A stretch of 64,000 nt of DNA. It comes from Botryllus schlosseri. Lineage: Eukaryota. A program made the position numbers and the translations under genes. The notes beneath the pieces were generated by a model, which saw only the letters and a list, made by a program, of their open reading frames with translations, was not told the origin of the DNA and did not search any database. Positions 53,491 through 64,000 of this stretch are shown piece after piece; position 1 is the stretch's first letter; every line of letters starts with the position of its first letter. The stretch is taken from positions 38,442,001 to 38,506,000 of the forward strand of contig CM119372.1 of assembly GCA_051294905.1 (NCBI GenBank). Direction: 5' to 3'.

Positions 53491-54306
53491 AATTTTTAAA
53501 GTACGAGACATCATTCAAAGCCGCTGCATTATTGTAACTAGATGGACTCCCCATTTATTCTGAATCGAGGTACGAATAAGGAGTTGATTATACACACAAA
53601 AAGGCCCTCGCGCATACGTAGAACTGGCAAACTAAGCAAGTAACGGTAGAACCAATTTATAATTATCGACATAATTACAGGGAAAAATACGAAACCTCGG
53701 AAAGTTTAAAAAACGGTATGGTGAAATACTCTACCCATTTACATATCCATGATATACAATTACAAACGTATAAACGATATTAGTTCGATTTAAATCGTAC
53801 AAGAGGGTTGGCTAAGGTGATCACTGTATGGGCACTGTGAGCATTTTATAGAACAAAAATACATTGCCAGTATATTATTTCATTACTAGTTTACGATAAC
53901 GTAAGCTGTAAGCTCCGATCACTGTATTTGCGATAGATTCATTTGTAATATAATAATGGAGGCTCGGTAAAAACGCACAATCATTGAGTGATTGGTTGCT
54001 CTCAGAGGTCACACCAGCGTATATTGTTCCTGGGAGTAGAAGTATAGCTACCAAAGTATTATAGATTTAGCTGACTGACTACTTAACCTGGAATCCTGTA
54101 TCGTGGTGAGATCTTCTTAAGACCCAGATATACGCAAGACATACGAATATATTTCAGACGTTGTTACAAGTAGGTTAGCAAATGAGTCTACTGATTCGAG
54201 AGAATCAGTAGTTTTATACTAGAGGCAAATTACTCTAGAACAGGATGTCTCTCGGTTATGAGATATACACATTTCATGGTTGGACGATAACAGGGATCTC
54301 CTATAC

Positions 54307-55482
54307 CAGGGGTGGGCAAACTACGGCCCGCAGCACCGTTCTGTGCGGCCCGCGAGAGTCTAAATTAACTTATTAAAAATATTGCAGAGATAGTGCAGGA
54401 AATATTGATAATATGCGTGCTAAAATCGAATTAATGCAGGGACTTGATTAAACTTTTTTTAGTATATTTCACCATGATAATTCTAAGGCAGTGGTTCTTA
54501 AACTGGGGTGCGCGTCCTACTTGGGGGCGTGAAAGCATCTGAAGGGGGCGCAAAGCTGAGATCAACTGAAAATTGTTTCGCGCTCCTCGCGACAACATCG
54601 AATTCACAATTATTACTCTGTATTTAGTCTGAACTTCATATTTAAAAATATTTCATCCACAGTCGTAACCTTCCATGCCGTCAAACTATGCGTTAGGTTT
54701 GCTAGCAACCTGGTTCCGTTTTGCGATGTGACGATGGAGGGGAGCGAAATCCTTCACCATCATAAGGGAGGGGGTGTGTCTTGAAAAGTTTGAGAACCGC
54801 TGTTCTTAGATAAATACTTTCTCTATTATTTTTTATGTTTAATTTCTGGCGCGACAGCCCGAAATCAAGACCCATGCAGTTTGAAAGGTTTCAACTGCTA
54901 AACATCACAGAAATCCTAAACGAGATCGCCATAATTCGGATCACGAGTGTGATTTTAGAATGGTCAATCCAGTTTTAATTATTTCAGTGATATGCTTATA
55001 AAAAACGATTTGCGCGTGTCTTAGGTAGAATCGTTCTCTGCGTGCGCAGAATTGTGGTATTTAATTTTATCTACACATGGTAGAAGCGTGTTTGAAGCTA
55101 ACATGGTTATGATGCTGTCAACATTGTGTGTCCTGGAACTAGTCCAAAAGTGGAATTAGTAAATCTATGAACAGATCGCTGCTCAGAGATTCAAATTTCA
55201 ATCCTGTTCTAAGAACTTTCATCTCTATAGTTTTGACTAATTGGATATTGAGGTAGACCACCCTATGAAATATCGCCACTATGTTTCTGGCGCGATGTAC
55301 GATATCATCAAATCAACGTTTGGTTTGTTTTTAAACAAGCACATATACTATCTCCATGTCCTCACTATAATCAAATACCAATATTGCGTTTTGGTTTATA
55401 ATCCCAATTTTATATAGTGCGGCCCGCGAATGGATTCAGATGTGGAATGCGGCCCGCGAGCTCAAAAGTTTGCCCATCCCTG
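54307..55482. mobile_element. hAT-Charlie non-autonomous element (GGCCCGC repeats)
   Basis: CAGGGGTGGGCAAACT / AGTTTGCCCATCCCTG, TSD TCCTATAC / TCCTCTAC. Confidence 0.88.
54489..54802. mobile_element. Nested hAT-Charlie MITE
   Basis: CAGTGGTTCTTAAACT / AGTTTGAGAACCGCTG, degenerate TSD TTCTAAGG / TTCTTAGA. Confidence 0.7.
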
Positions 55483-55924
55483 TCCTCTACAGTGTTGAAG
55501 GTTACAACGAAAAATATATGCGTCGATCGAAATTTAGTTTACACCCCCCAAAACAGAAAACATCTGTCAGTGACCCCACAGCCCGCGCATGTCGAACTTT
55601 TTTGTATGTGAGGAAAGATTTTGCCAGCATCCAATTGTAGACAAGTTCACGGGGTGTAATCATGGAATTATCATAGAGAATTTTCAAAGTATTTTCGGTC
55701 CCAGTGATCCATCGGTACCACATCTCCCCTACATTTGGACTAAAAATATAGGTATATTTTCATCCCAATACATATAGCGACAGTATAGTAAAATTTTAAA
55801 ATTATTTGTTGGTACCCCGAGGTGGTACGTGGTCAGAAAAAGATTGGAGAACCATTGCTTCAGTTTGATCTTCGAAAACCGGACATAGCTAAGATTGGTT
55901 CCTCGAACACTAGTTGTAGTTAAG

Positions 55925-56345
55925 TAGGGCTACAATATTTTAGATCCTAAAAAACGTACACTTTTCAAGAATTCTGAAAGCTCCGGCACCGGAAAAGAAA
56001 ACTGGGGATTTTGAAAACTTTTCGACCGATAGTACTCAATTGATCAAAAAATTGGTCGTCACTTCAGTTCTACTCCTGAATTACTCGCTTTTTTGTAATA
56101 TTGTGTGGTGTTGATTAAAAAATATAAGATCGTCACTTTGACGCGACTACCATTTTAACCGATTTCATATGAAAATCTGACTTTCGCAGCGTCGGGGTCG
56201 AGTTTTTGATCACAGTTTATTACTTTTTCAATAAAAAGAGTACAAATTCTCAAATAAGAGGACCTTTTGGCGGCCACCGACGACAGTATCAATTTATTGA
56301 AAAAAATAGGACAAATCCTCCTAAAAGAGGACGTATGGTGCCTTG
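55925..56345. mobile_element. Degenerate Blackjack-like MITE related to 32512
   Basis: TAGGGCTACAATATTTT start; AAATCCTC.TAAAAGAGGAC.TATGGT end shared with 32740-32770. Confidence 0.6.
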
Positions 56346-58004
56346 TCCTCTTTTTTCAGGAGATTGAAAATGCCCCTATTTTGGCATAAAAGAAAGAAGT
56401 GGGTAATACTGACGTTCTATGGGGCATTCGGTAGTCGAATGAAAGGTATGACCTTTTTTTTAGTCAACACCAAAAGATTTCCAATAAATATTACAAAATC
56501 AGCTATTTTCAGTTTCGGTCAAAATTGATTCCAAAATAAGGTAACCCTAAAGTAAATCGGTAAATTCAGCTGTGTGAGGGGATTGCGATCATTTGGTACC
56601 CATAAACTGCATCACAAATAGTTTCGAAACCGACAACGGATCACATTTTGACAAAGAAGCCTTCGTGACCACTTTCATTTTCTTAAATGCTTCCAAAGGC
56701 TACGTTACCGTCCTTCATTTGATAAATTTGATACGACGGACTTGCTTGGATCTAGCAACGAAAAGCCGCCATACTGCACGCGAACGGATATCCTCTTGGC
56801 CATAAAGGGTGGTACATTGAACACAGAGCCAGGATCAGAATCCTACGAGCCGACGTCCATACTTGCTATGTTCCTCTAGGCATGCATAATTATGATTAAA
56901 ATGTTATGCTCGATTTATACCGCGCCATAATTTTAGGGTAGGTTGAGTTTTCGTGCACACGGGTGGGAAAACACACTCTTATTGCTACGAGTGTATGGTG
57001 TCCTCGAGTAGGGAACGTGCGGCAGCTCCCTGCGACTGTTATAGTAGCGATGTATCGCGTTGTATCTGTCTCCTTGGTCTCTGACAGCCTCGGTAAAAGA
57101 AGTGTTTCGCTTGGTATCAGGTACCCCGTGAGTTACTATCGTGTATTTCGCCGATTACCATACCCTAGCGTAGGGTGTAGCACAGGTAAACGGCTTTTTC
57201 ACACTAATCCAGTGGGTGAATATCAGTCAAACATAGCAAATAATATGTAGATATATTCCCGGGGCGTATAGTCGATTCTGCTTGAGCTCATGACTTCAGA
57301 ACTCCCAAAAAAGAGAATTCATTGCAGCCCACTCGTATATATCCCCATAAAAATTGGTATATATTGTATATGCCTCCGTTCCAACCACGGGAATGGGTTG
57401 GAAAGTACAGTTTGGTGACCACGAGTGCAATTTATTCGATTTACACCACATGTCAAGGTGATGATCTGACAAATGCTCCTATCTATCAACTATCAATATC
57501 AACTATCAATATCAGCTATCTATGTTGATATGCCTTGACGTTGAAATGTCGGGCACCTAGTAGTCCAGTGCACGCAGCCTGCGCTGCACGGTTCAAATGA
57601 GAAACACAGAAGAAAATGATGAGCTCCGTGACGAAATGAGAATTTGGAATCGTGTTCGTCTCACGAAAGAAGAATTTTTATTTTACTTTGATGTGTTACA
57701 TGCAAGCGATTTTCACATGTCAGAAGCAACGACGACCTTTTACCGCGATCGTATGAGCTCTGCAAACATAGTCATTGTCATACCAACCTTAGAATGAGCT
57801 CACTCCTACTTGTATGATACAGGGGTGAACACATTTTTCTTGATTAGGCCATATCGTTATAAGAACTTTCATTGCCTTTAACACATTGGCTATGCTACCG
57901 AACACGGTGAACCCAACCACAGAAGTTTGATCTTAGCGACTAAAATTAATCGAGGAAAATGTTTCGTATATTAAGCGATAGATTTGGTGCGCTAAAGTCT
58001 GAAC

Positions 58005-59186
58005 CAGTGGTCGGGAACCTTATTTGTCCGAAGAGCCATATTGGCCCTATTTTTCCATCCCAACTCCGAAAGAGCCATACATTCCAATCAACTGTTACGT
58101 CGCAATTGAAAATTCGTGACGTCATGGTAGCACTAATTCGAACTGCCTACATGGGATTCCTCGTGTGCGCCAGTAAAAACTGATATTTATTGTTCGAAAA
58201 TAAAGCTCGAAAAGAGAGGTAAGACGCAGATGGGCCAAGCCTCACCAATGATAACGCAATTCATCGTAAATAGCTTAGAATTTATTATAACTGAACTGAT
58301 GTTAATGGGACTGTCACACTGATCCGAAAATCTAAATACTCATCGACTTCTCAATTCTCAAAGTATTCGGCGGTAACATATCGTTGCGCTACACGCATAT
58401 ATTTTTATCGCCGATACTACGCAGAACGTGGAACATGGATAGCTATGGCTTTGTTTGTAATTCGAGTTTGTAATTGTTATTGTCACATCCACAACAGTTC
58501 AGTTCGCGCCGTAGATCAGGAAGACAATGTGAATTTGAAAATAGCGTTTTGAAATGAGCGTCGCCATGTGTGCTATGTTCTTTGTTTCAACGTATCGCAC
58601 AATTCAAGATTTCGATTCGGATACATCGCCAGGAGGTAGTCACCAGTCATTTTGATGGCGTGGGTTCGAGCCCGTCGCTGCCATCACGCCAGGATACAGA
58701 GCCTGTACTCTCTGTTAACGACGAAACGATGTCGACACACGATAAACGTTTAGTACTGAAAAGACATCCTAACAGCACGAGTAGTCGTTGTATAAGGCAA
58801 CTAAATAAACGGCGCAATCAGAGAACTAATCAATAGCCTTTCAATTAACAGGAGCCGAGATTCGGCTCCAGTATAACACAAACAATACTGGCGCAAAGAA
58901 TTCGCGAGTGATATTGGCCGCCGATGGGACAGTAACTTAAATTTGATTATTTTGAAGAGAGGGGGTCCGAGCCCCTGAACCGGAAGAAGGCATTGTCTTT
59001 ACTTCTCAAAGACATGTTAATAGTAATACTGCCACGAGAATAATTATTTTGGCCGTGATGAAAATTTACCAACAAGTCGCTGCAATATTGATCAATTCAG
59101 TGTAAAAATAAATATTTGGCAAAGAGCCATATCTTATACCCAAAAGAGCCATATATGGCTCGCGAGCCATAGGTTCCCGACCACTG
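58005..59186. mobile_element. hAT-Charlie non-autonomous element (AAGAGCCAT repeats)
   Basis: CAGTGGTCGGGAACCT / AGGTTCCCGACCACTG, TSD GTCTGAAC / GTCTAAAC. Confidence 0.9.
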
Positions 59187-59706
59187 GTCTAAACCCTTCG
59201 AGACCCATACTTTGACAAGCACTGGTGTAACCGACGGAATGTCCAGCTTCAAATAGGCGATTGTTGAGATTTCATGCTCAACACAATAAATATGACTAAG
59301 CTGAAAATGTTCGGGACACCAATTAGTATTATTTTGACATTACCAAATTTTGGCACCCTGTATACCAGAGGTCAGGAACCTAGGGCTCGCGAGACAGGGC
59401 TCTTTTGGTTATAAGGTATTTAGATGTGGCTCTTCGGCATATTTTTTAATTTTCTACTCACTATATCAATATTGCAAGCAACTTGTTATCAAATTTCCAT
59501 AACGGCTAGAATAAATATTATCAACGCAGCATAAACATGTCCTTGAGAGGTCAAGACATCGGGGTATAAAGGGTTAGGGCAGCGGTTCCCAACCTGTGGG
59601 TCGCGACCCCAACTGGGGTAGCCTGACAATTTGCCTGGGGTCACCTGAGGCCTTCTGAAAAGTTTAGAATTTCATTAGGTTAGAAATTTAGAAAGTTAAC
59701 TCTTAA

Positions 59707-60308
59707 AGGTCAACTGCATCTTCATGACAACTTTGCGGAATCATGTTCAGAATTTTTTTTCATGACGAAATTACCGACTTTCCGTGTTTCAACTCAATCG
59801 GAAATTGCCGTAATTTTGACTGAAAGTTCCAATATTGGCATGTTTACAGAAAAGGCAGAATGTGCATTGTGACGTCAAGTGAATGACACATATTATCAAC
59901 ACCGGTCACAGCGGCTGTTTGTGTTCTCGCAGTTTTTATTCTAGTCAGTAATGGCCGAGGTTTCCATTGTAACGGATTTGCCAAGTGATATTGAGACTGA
60001 GTCTGAGTACTTCGATGTCGAATGTGAGTATCGTTTTTGCACGTACTTACAAAATTACCGTTAAAATGCCGGATTGGTTCAGGTGTTGATGCGCTCGATC
60101 CCACGTCAGTGGAAGCCCTTGCAGCTTCATAATAATGATTGGTCATGAACAGCCTAGCTTGCTCAGCGCAAGCCGCTCGTCGAGACTACATGAAATACAG
60201 TTGTATATATGGTATGTAGTGTAATAGCTCGTTTCAGTCATGCATCTTGATAAGTTTGTGCTGTAAGTGGGTTCCGAGAGTTACTGACAGAAATAAAGTG
60301 TATCACAG
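59707..60308 (+). mobile_element. Left-end fragment of the same Kolobok family inside the SPIN-like element
   Basis: TTAA plus AGGTCAACTGCATCTT and about 600 bp collinear with 37875-38481, ending abruptly at GTGTATCACAG. Confidence 0.92.
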
Positions 60309-60414
60309 TTGATAGCCTAGGCAAGCCAGTGTAGGCTTACTATTGAATTCCCGGCATCAACCATAGGTAGCCTACGATAGCTAGCTAGCTATTTTGTAAA
60401 ATTTCAGATTTCCC

Positions 60415-62223
60415 ATGATGAATCGAGAGACAAGTATTAGGCCTAGGAAAAGAAAATATTGTGAGGAATTTTTGAAGTATGGATTTACTTTCATAGTTGA
60501 CGCAGGAGTTGAACAGCCACAATGTGTCATTTGCAACACAATTATGTCAGCCGAATCGATGAAGCCCAACAAAATGAAACGCCATTTTGACGCTAAGCAT
60601 CCAAACTTTGCGGGCAAGGATGTCCAGTATTTTAAGAACAAAGCTGATTGTGTCAAAGAAAACAGGCTGGATTCTGGCGGCAAGTACCAACAGCAAAATG
60701 TGGCAGCCATTGAAGCTTCATATTTGGTGGCTCTCAGAATCGCCAAAGCCAAGAAACCTTACACCATTGCCGAGGAGTTGCTGCTGCCAGCAACCAAAGA
60801 CGTTGTTCGAGTTATGCTTGGAGCTGAATATGTTAACAAACTGAATACAATATCCTTGTCTAATAACACCGTCAGTAGAAGAATAGACGACATGTCTGCT
60901 GATATTATGGAGCAAGTTATCCAGGAAATGAAATCAGCTCCACTTGGAATATTTAGTATCCAGCTTGATGAATCAACAGATGTGGCAAACTGTTCTCAGT
61001 TACTGGTTTACGTGAGGTACATTTATGAAGGTGATTTCAAAGATGAGTTTCTTTTTTGCAAACCACTTGAAACGACAACTACTGCACGCGATGTCTTTGA
61101 CACAGTTGGATCATTTCTGCAAAATCATGGCATTCCTTGGGAAAATGTTTGTGGTGTTTGCACAGACGGTGCTCCAGCAATGCTGGGATGTAGGTCTGGA
61201 TTTCAACGTTTGGTAATCAATGCATCACCGAAAGCCATCGGAACTCACTGTATGATTCATCGACAAGTGTTAGCAACGAAGACTTTGCCACAAGAATTCC
61301 AAGATACAATGAAAAGCGTTGTAAGTGTCGTGAATTTTGTAAAAGCTAGTGCTTTAAACAGCCGCCTATTTTCAAAAGTTTGCAGTGAGTTGGATGCATC
61401 CAATAATGTTCTGTTATTTCACACTAGTGTGAGATGGTTGTCCAGAGGCAAAGTTTTGAAACGTGTTTTTGATCTTCGTGATGAATTGAAAACATTTTTT
61501 AATCAAAAATCTAAACCACAGTTTGAAGCACTTTTCGGCGACAAAAACCAAGTTCACAAAATTGCTTACTTGGTTGACATCTTTGCAATCTTAAATGAGT
61601 TAAATTTGTCTCTCCAAGGACCAAATGCAACATGCCTAGATTTGTCAGAAAAGATCCGAGCATTCAAGTTGAAACTTCAACTTTGGCAAAAAAAATTGGA
61701 TGAAAATAGAATTTACATGTTGCCGAACTTATCTGCTTTCTTTGAGGAAAATGATATTGAACAGGAAACAATGAATAGAACAATACTTTCTGTCAAAGAA
61801 CACTTCAAAATTCTTGAAGAAGAAATTTCAAGATATTTTCCTAATTTACCTGACACACCGTTTGCACTTGCTAGAAGCCCATTCACCATCAGAGTTGAAG
61901 ATGTTCCTGAGAATGCACAAGAGGAGTTCATTGAACTCATTACCAGTGATGCAGCAAAAACTGATTTTTCTTCATTGTCAGTTACCAAATTTTGGATCAA
62001 GAGTTTGCAGTCATATCCCGTTCTGTCTGAGATCGCATTGCGCCTGATTCTTCCTTTTCCAACAACATACCTTTGTGAAACAGGCTTTTCAAGCTTGTTG
62101 GTTATCAAATCTAAATACAGGAGCAGACTTGATGCAGAAGATGATCTGCGTTGTGCTCTTGCAAAGACTGCTCCAAGGATTTCAGATCTGGCTAAAAAGA
62201 AGCAAGCACAGCCTTCTCACTGA
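60415..62223 (+). CDS. Intact hAT Buster-group transposase, SPIN-like, 602 aa
   Basis: BED finger (PQCVIC..RHFDAKH), QLDESTD, CTDGAPAM, HCMIHR, VRWLSRG, YLCETGFS, terminal QPSH; no stops. Confidence 0.95.
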   Translation: MMNRETSIRPRKRKYCEEFLKYGFTFIVDAGVEQPQCVICNTIMSAESMKPNKMKRHFDAKHPNFAGKDVQYFKNKADCVKENRLDSGGKYQQQNVAAIEASYLVALRIAKAKKPYTIAEELLLPATKDVVRVMLGAEYVNKLNTISLSNNTVSRRIDDMSADIMEQVIQEMKSAPLGIFSIQLDESTDVANCSQLLVYVRYIYEGDFKDEFLFCKPLETTTTARDVFDTVGSFLQNHGIPWENVCGVCTDGAPAMLGCRSGFQRLVINASPKAIGTHCMIHRQVLATKTLPQEFQDTMKSVVSVVNFVKASALNSRLFSKVCSELDASNNVLLFHTSVRWLSRGKVLKRVFDLRDELKTFFNQKSKPQFEALFGDKNQVHKIAYLVDIFAILNELNLSLQGPNATCLDLSEKIRAFKLKLQLWQKKLDENRIYMLPNLSAFFEENDIEQETMNRTILSVKEHFKILEEEISRYFPNLPDTPFALARSPFTIRVEDVPENAQEEFIELITSDAAKTDFSSLSVTKFWIKSLQSYPVLSEIALRLILPFPTTYLCETGFSSLLVIKSKYRSRLDAEDDLRCALAKTAPRISDLAKKKQAQPSH

Positions 62224-63591
62224 ACAAATTGTTGTGTTGATAAGTTGATTTGTTATGTTGTTTATTTATTTAGAAGTCAAATTTAATATATAGCCTACTA
62301 GTTGCCTACTAGTTAGCTCCAAAAGTGCAGTGAAGAAGGATCAACTCAACTAATTTTATCCTTGGGGTCACCGCAACTTGGCAAATGTTATAAAAGGGTC
62401 ACGGCACCAAAAAGGTTGGGAACCGCTGGGTTAGGGGCTCATACCCACCTTTTCCAACATCGCCAGATTTCAGTTGTTATCGCGCCGGCGACCACTGCCA
62501 CTCGCGAATTCGATCTTGACGCCACCGATCTGCTGGAAATATTTGATTGCACGATACCTCAATTGATCAAAGAGAATGGCAGACATGGCGACACTTGTAG
62601 GACAATGCATTTTCAAATACACATTGTCATCCTGAAAACGGAGAAATAAACTACTGTGGAAGTGACATTCACAATTACAAATTCAAAATTAAAACGACGT
62701 CATCTCATAGTTATCCACGTTCTTGATTGGTAAGTAGCTTTCTAGCCCCCCGTAAAAGTGTAGGTGTGTAGCGCAACGTTAAGTTAGGCCGAATACTTTA
62801 GAAGTCGTTCAATATTTAGATTTTCGAAATCAACGCGACTATCACATTGGATTAATATCTAATTCTAAGCTATTTACGATGAGCTGTACTATCACAAGGG
62901 AGGCTTTGCCCATCTGTGGTTCATATGTGCTTTACATCTCATTTTGCGCTTCATTTTCGAACAACCAATATGAAAATCCCTTTATTTTAGTAATAAAAGT
63001 GTTCAAAATCTAGTCAGTCATAAACACCGACTAAAAATACCAATAATCATTGAAGGCTTCACGATTTTCCTTCACTCATCCCTGAGGACACGAGAGGAAC
63101 TGCCTCACTTGCCTCCCCTAACCCCACGTCAGTGACGTATCATACCCTGCAGTGGGTATGTACTGCTGTCGTGACCATTGACCATGTTTGGCTCTACATA
63201 CGCATGTGAGGAATGAAATATGGCGCACACTGCGAATTGTGACGTAATATCTGATTGACATGTATGGCTCTTTGGGAGTTATAATTGAAAATATTGGACT
63301 AATATGTCTCTTCGGTCCAAGAAGGTTCCAGAACACTGCTGTACACGTAAGGTTGCCAACTCCGGGTTTAAGAGGCTATCGTTTTGTTGTTAGATTGGGT
63401 TAGTGATCAGCTAATGTGATAAGGTAGCGGCAACCACACTTTGATTCCAGATAGAGGCCAATAAATACTAAACCATCCTGTTGACGGGTAAAGGTCAAAG
63501 CTTTTATTGTGATAGTCACTAAGGATGGTGTGAATCCCTGAAAGGTTCTGGTTCGCATGAATGCAAACCTTTTACTTACCAAGGTTTTGTG

Positions 63592-63953
63592 GGGAAGCGA
63601 GTGGCGCAGTGTGCTAAGAGACACCGTCACGACACCAATGGTTGCTGGTTCGAGTCTCTGCTCTGCCATGTTTCTATGTGTTGGAGGTTTATCTGGTCTC
63701 CGCATCGCCGACCTCGCTGTTGACGCAGTGTCTTGAAAAGCCCAGAAGAAGAGTGAGCCAAGATCGAAAGTCGGCAGCACAGACCTGAAAGTGGACGCAC
63801 GAAACCGAGAGAGAATGAAGTGTGGGAGTGCGTGTGGAAGTGAAAAGTCGTCCTAATTACCAAAGCAAAGACATAAAATGTATTGTTGTGGCGCACAAAG
63901 CCTAAACAGGCGGTACGCGCCACTGTGAAAGTGTATTAATAATAATAATAACA
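63592..63953 (+). mobile_element. tRNA-derived SINE
   Basis: A box TGGCGCAGTGTG, B box GGTTCGAGTC, 3' hairpin, (TAA)n tail, TSD AAGGTTTTGTG / AAGGTTCTGTG. Confidence 0.85.
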
Positions 63954-64000
63954 AAGGTTCTGTGCGAACGCGAGCGTGGAACTATGACGTAACGTGACGT

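Larger units (their letters stand above)
59580..62428 (+). mobile_element. Full-length SPIN-like hAT (Buster/Charlie group) transposon, 2849 bp
   Basis: Perfect 16-bp TIR CAGCGGTTCCCAACCT, perfect TSD GGTTAGGG (nnnTAnnn), GGGTC subterminal motifs, intact transposase ORF. Confidence 0.95.
59366..62510 (-). mobile_element. Older inverted relative of the 58005 family, interrupted by the SPIN-like element
   Basis: CAGAGGTCAGGAACCTA.GGCTCGCGAG matches the reverse complement of the 59186 end. Similarity resumes after 62428 (AGGGGCTC..CACTCGCGAATTC). Confidence 0.7.

Noticed and set aside
57820..59360. Tc1/mariner-type MITE with TA TSD
   Set aside because: Only TACAGGG(G)TG / CACCCTGTA match; the TIR similarity is too short to support.
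60415..62223. Domesticated host gene (ZBED5/ZBED8/FAM200 type)
   Set aside because: Flanked by perfect TIRs and TSD and inserted inside another MITE, so it is a transposon copy.
63592..63670. Functional tRNA gene
   Set aside because: A and B boxes are present but the cloverleaf is imperfect, and it continues into a body, tail and TSD typical of a SINE.
63740..63780. Hammerhead ribozyme in the SINE body
   Set aside because: CAGAAGA..CGAAA deviates from the CUGANGA core and I could not form the required stems.

Overview
Eukaryotic, AT-rich, repeat-saturated DNA, inferred to be from an invertebrate animal (GT-AG introns of about 60 nt, metazoan transposon families). I found no convincing host gene; most recognisable sequence is nested transposable elements. 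Main contents: (1) a CACTA/EnSpm element (1 to about 10200) with a once-frameshifted transposase and an apparently intact 8-exon SAMD3-like accessory gene whose first intron is swollen by MITEs and a 131-bp satellite; (2) an 11.3-kb element (15997-27258) with Polinton/Maverick hallmarks (AGTAGT termini, 6-bp TSD), giant inverted arms of about 4.6 kb and no intact genes; (3) a complete but decayed Kolobok (THAP-transposase plus P2X7-tail-like KolX); (4) a decayed hATm-like element; (5) an intact 602-aa SPIN-like hAT/Buster transposase with perfect TIRs and TSD, carrying a Kolobok fragment in its 5' region; (6) a GG-terminal MITE with head-to-head TTAGGG-like arrays; (7) I-group and L2 LINE 3' ends, a tRNA-derived SINE and many hAT MITEs with verifiable TSDs. 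Family names come from motif recognition and recall, not database searches. Identity figures are estimates by eye.
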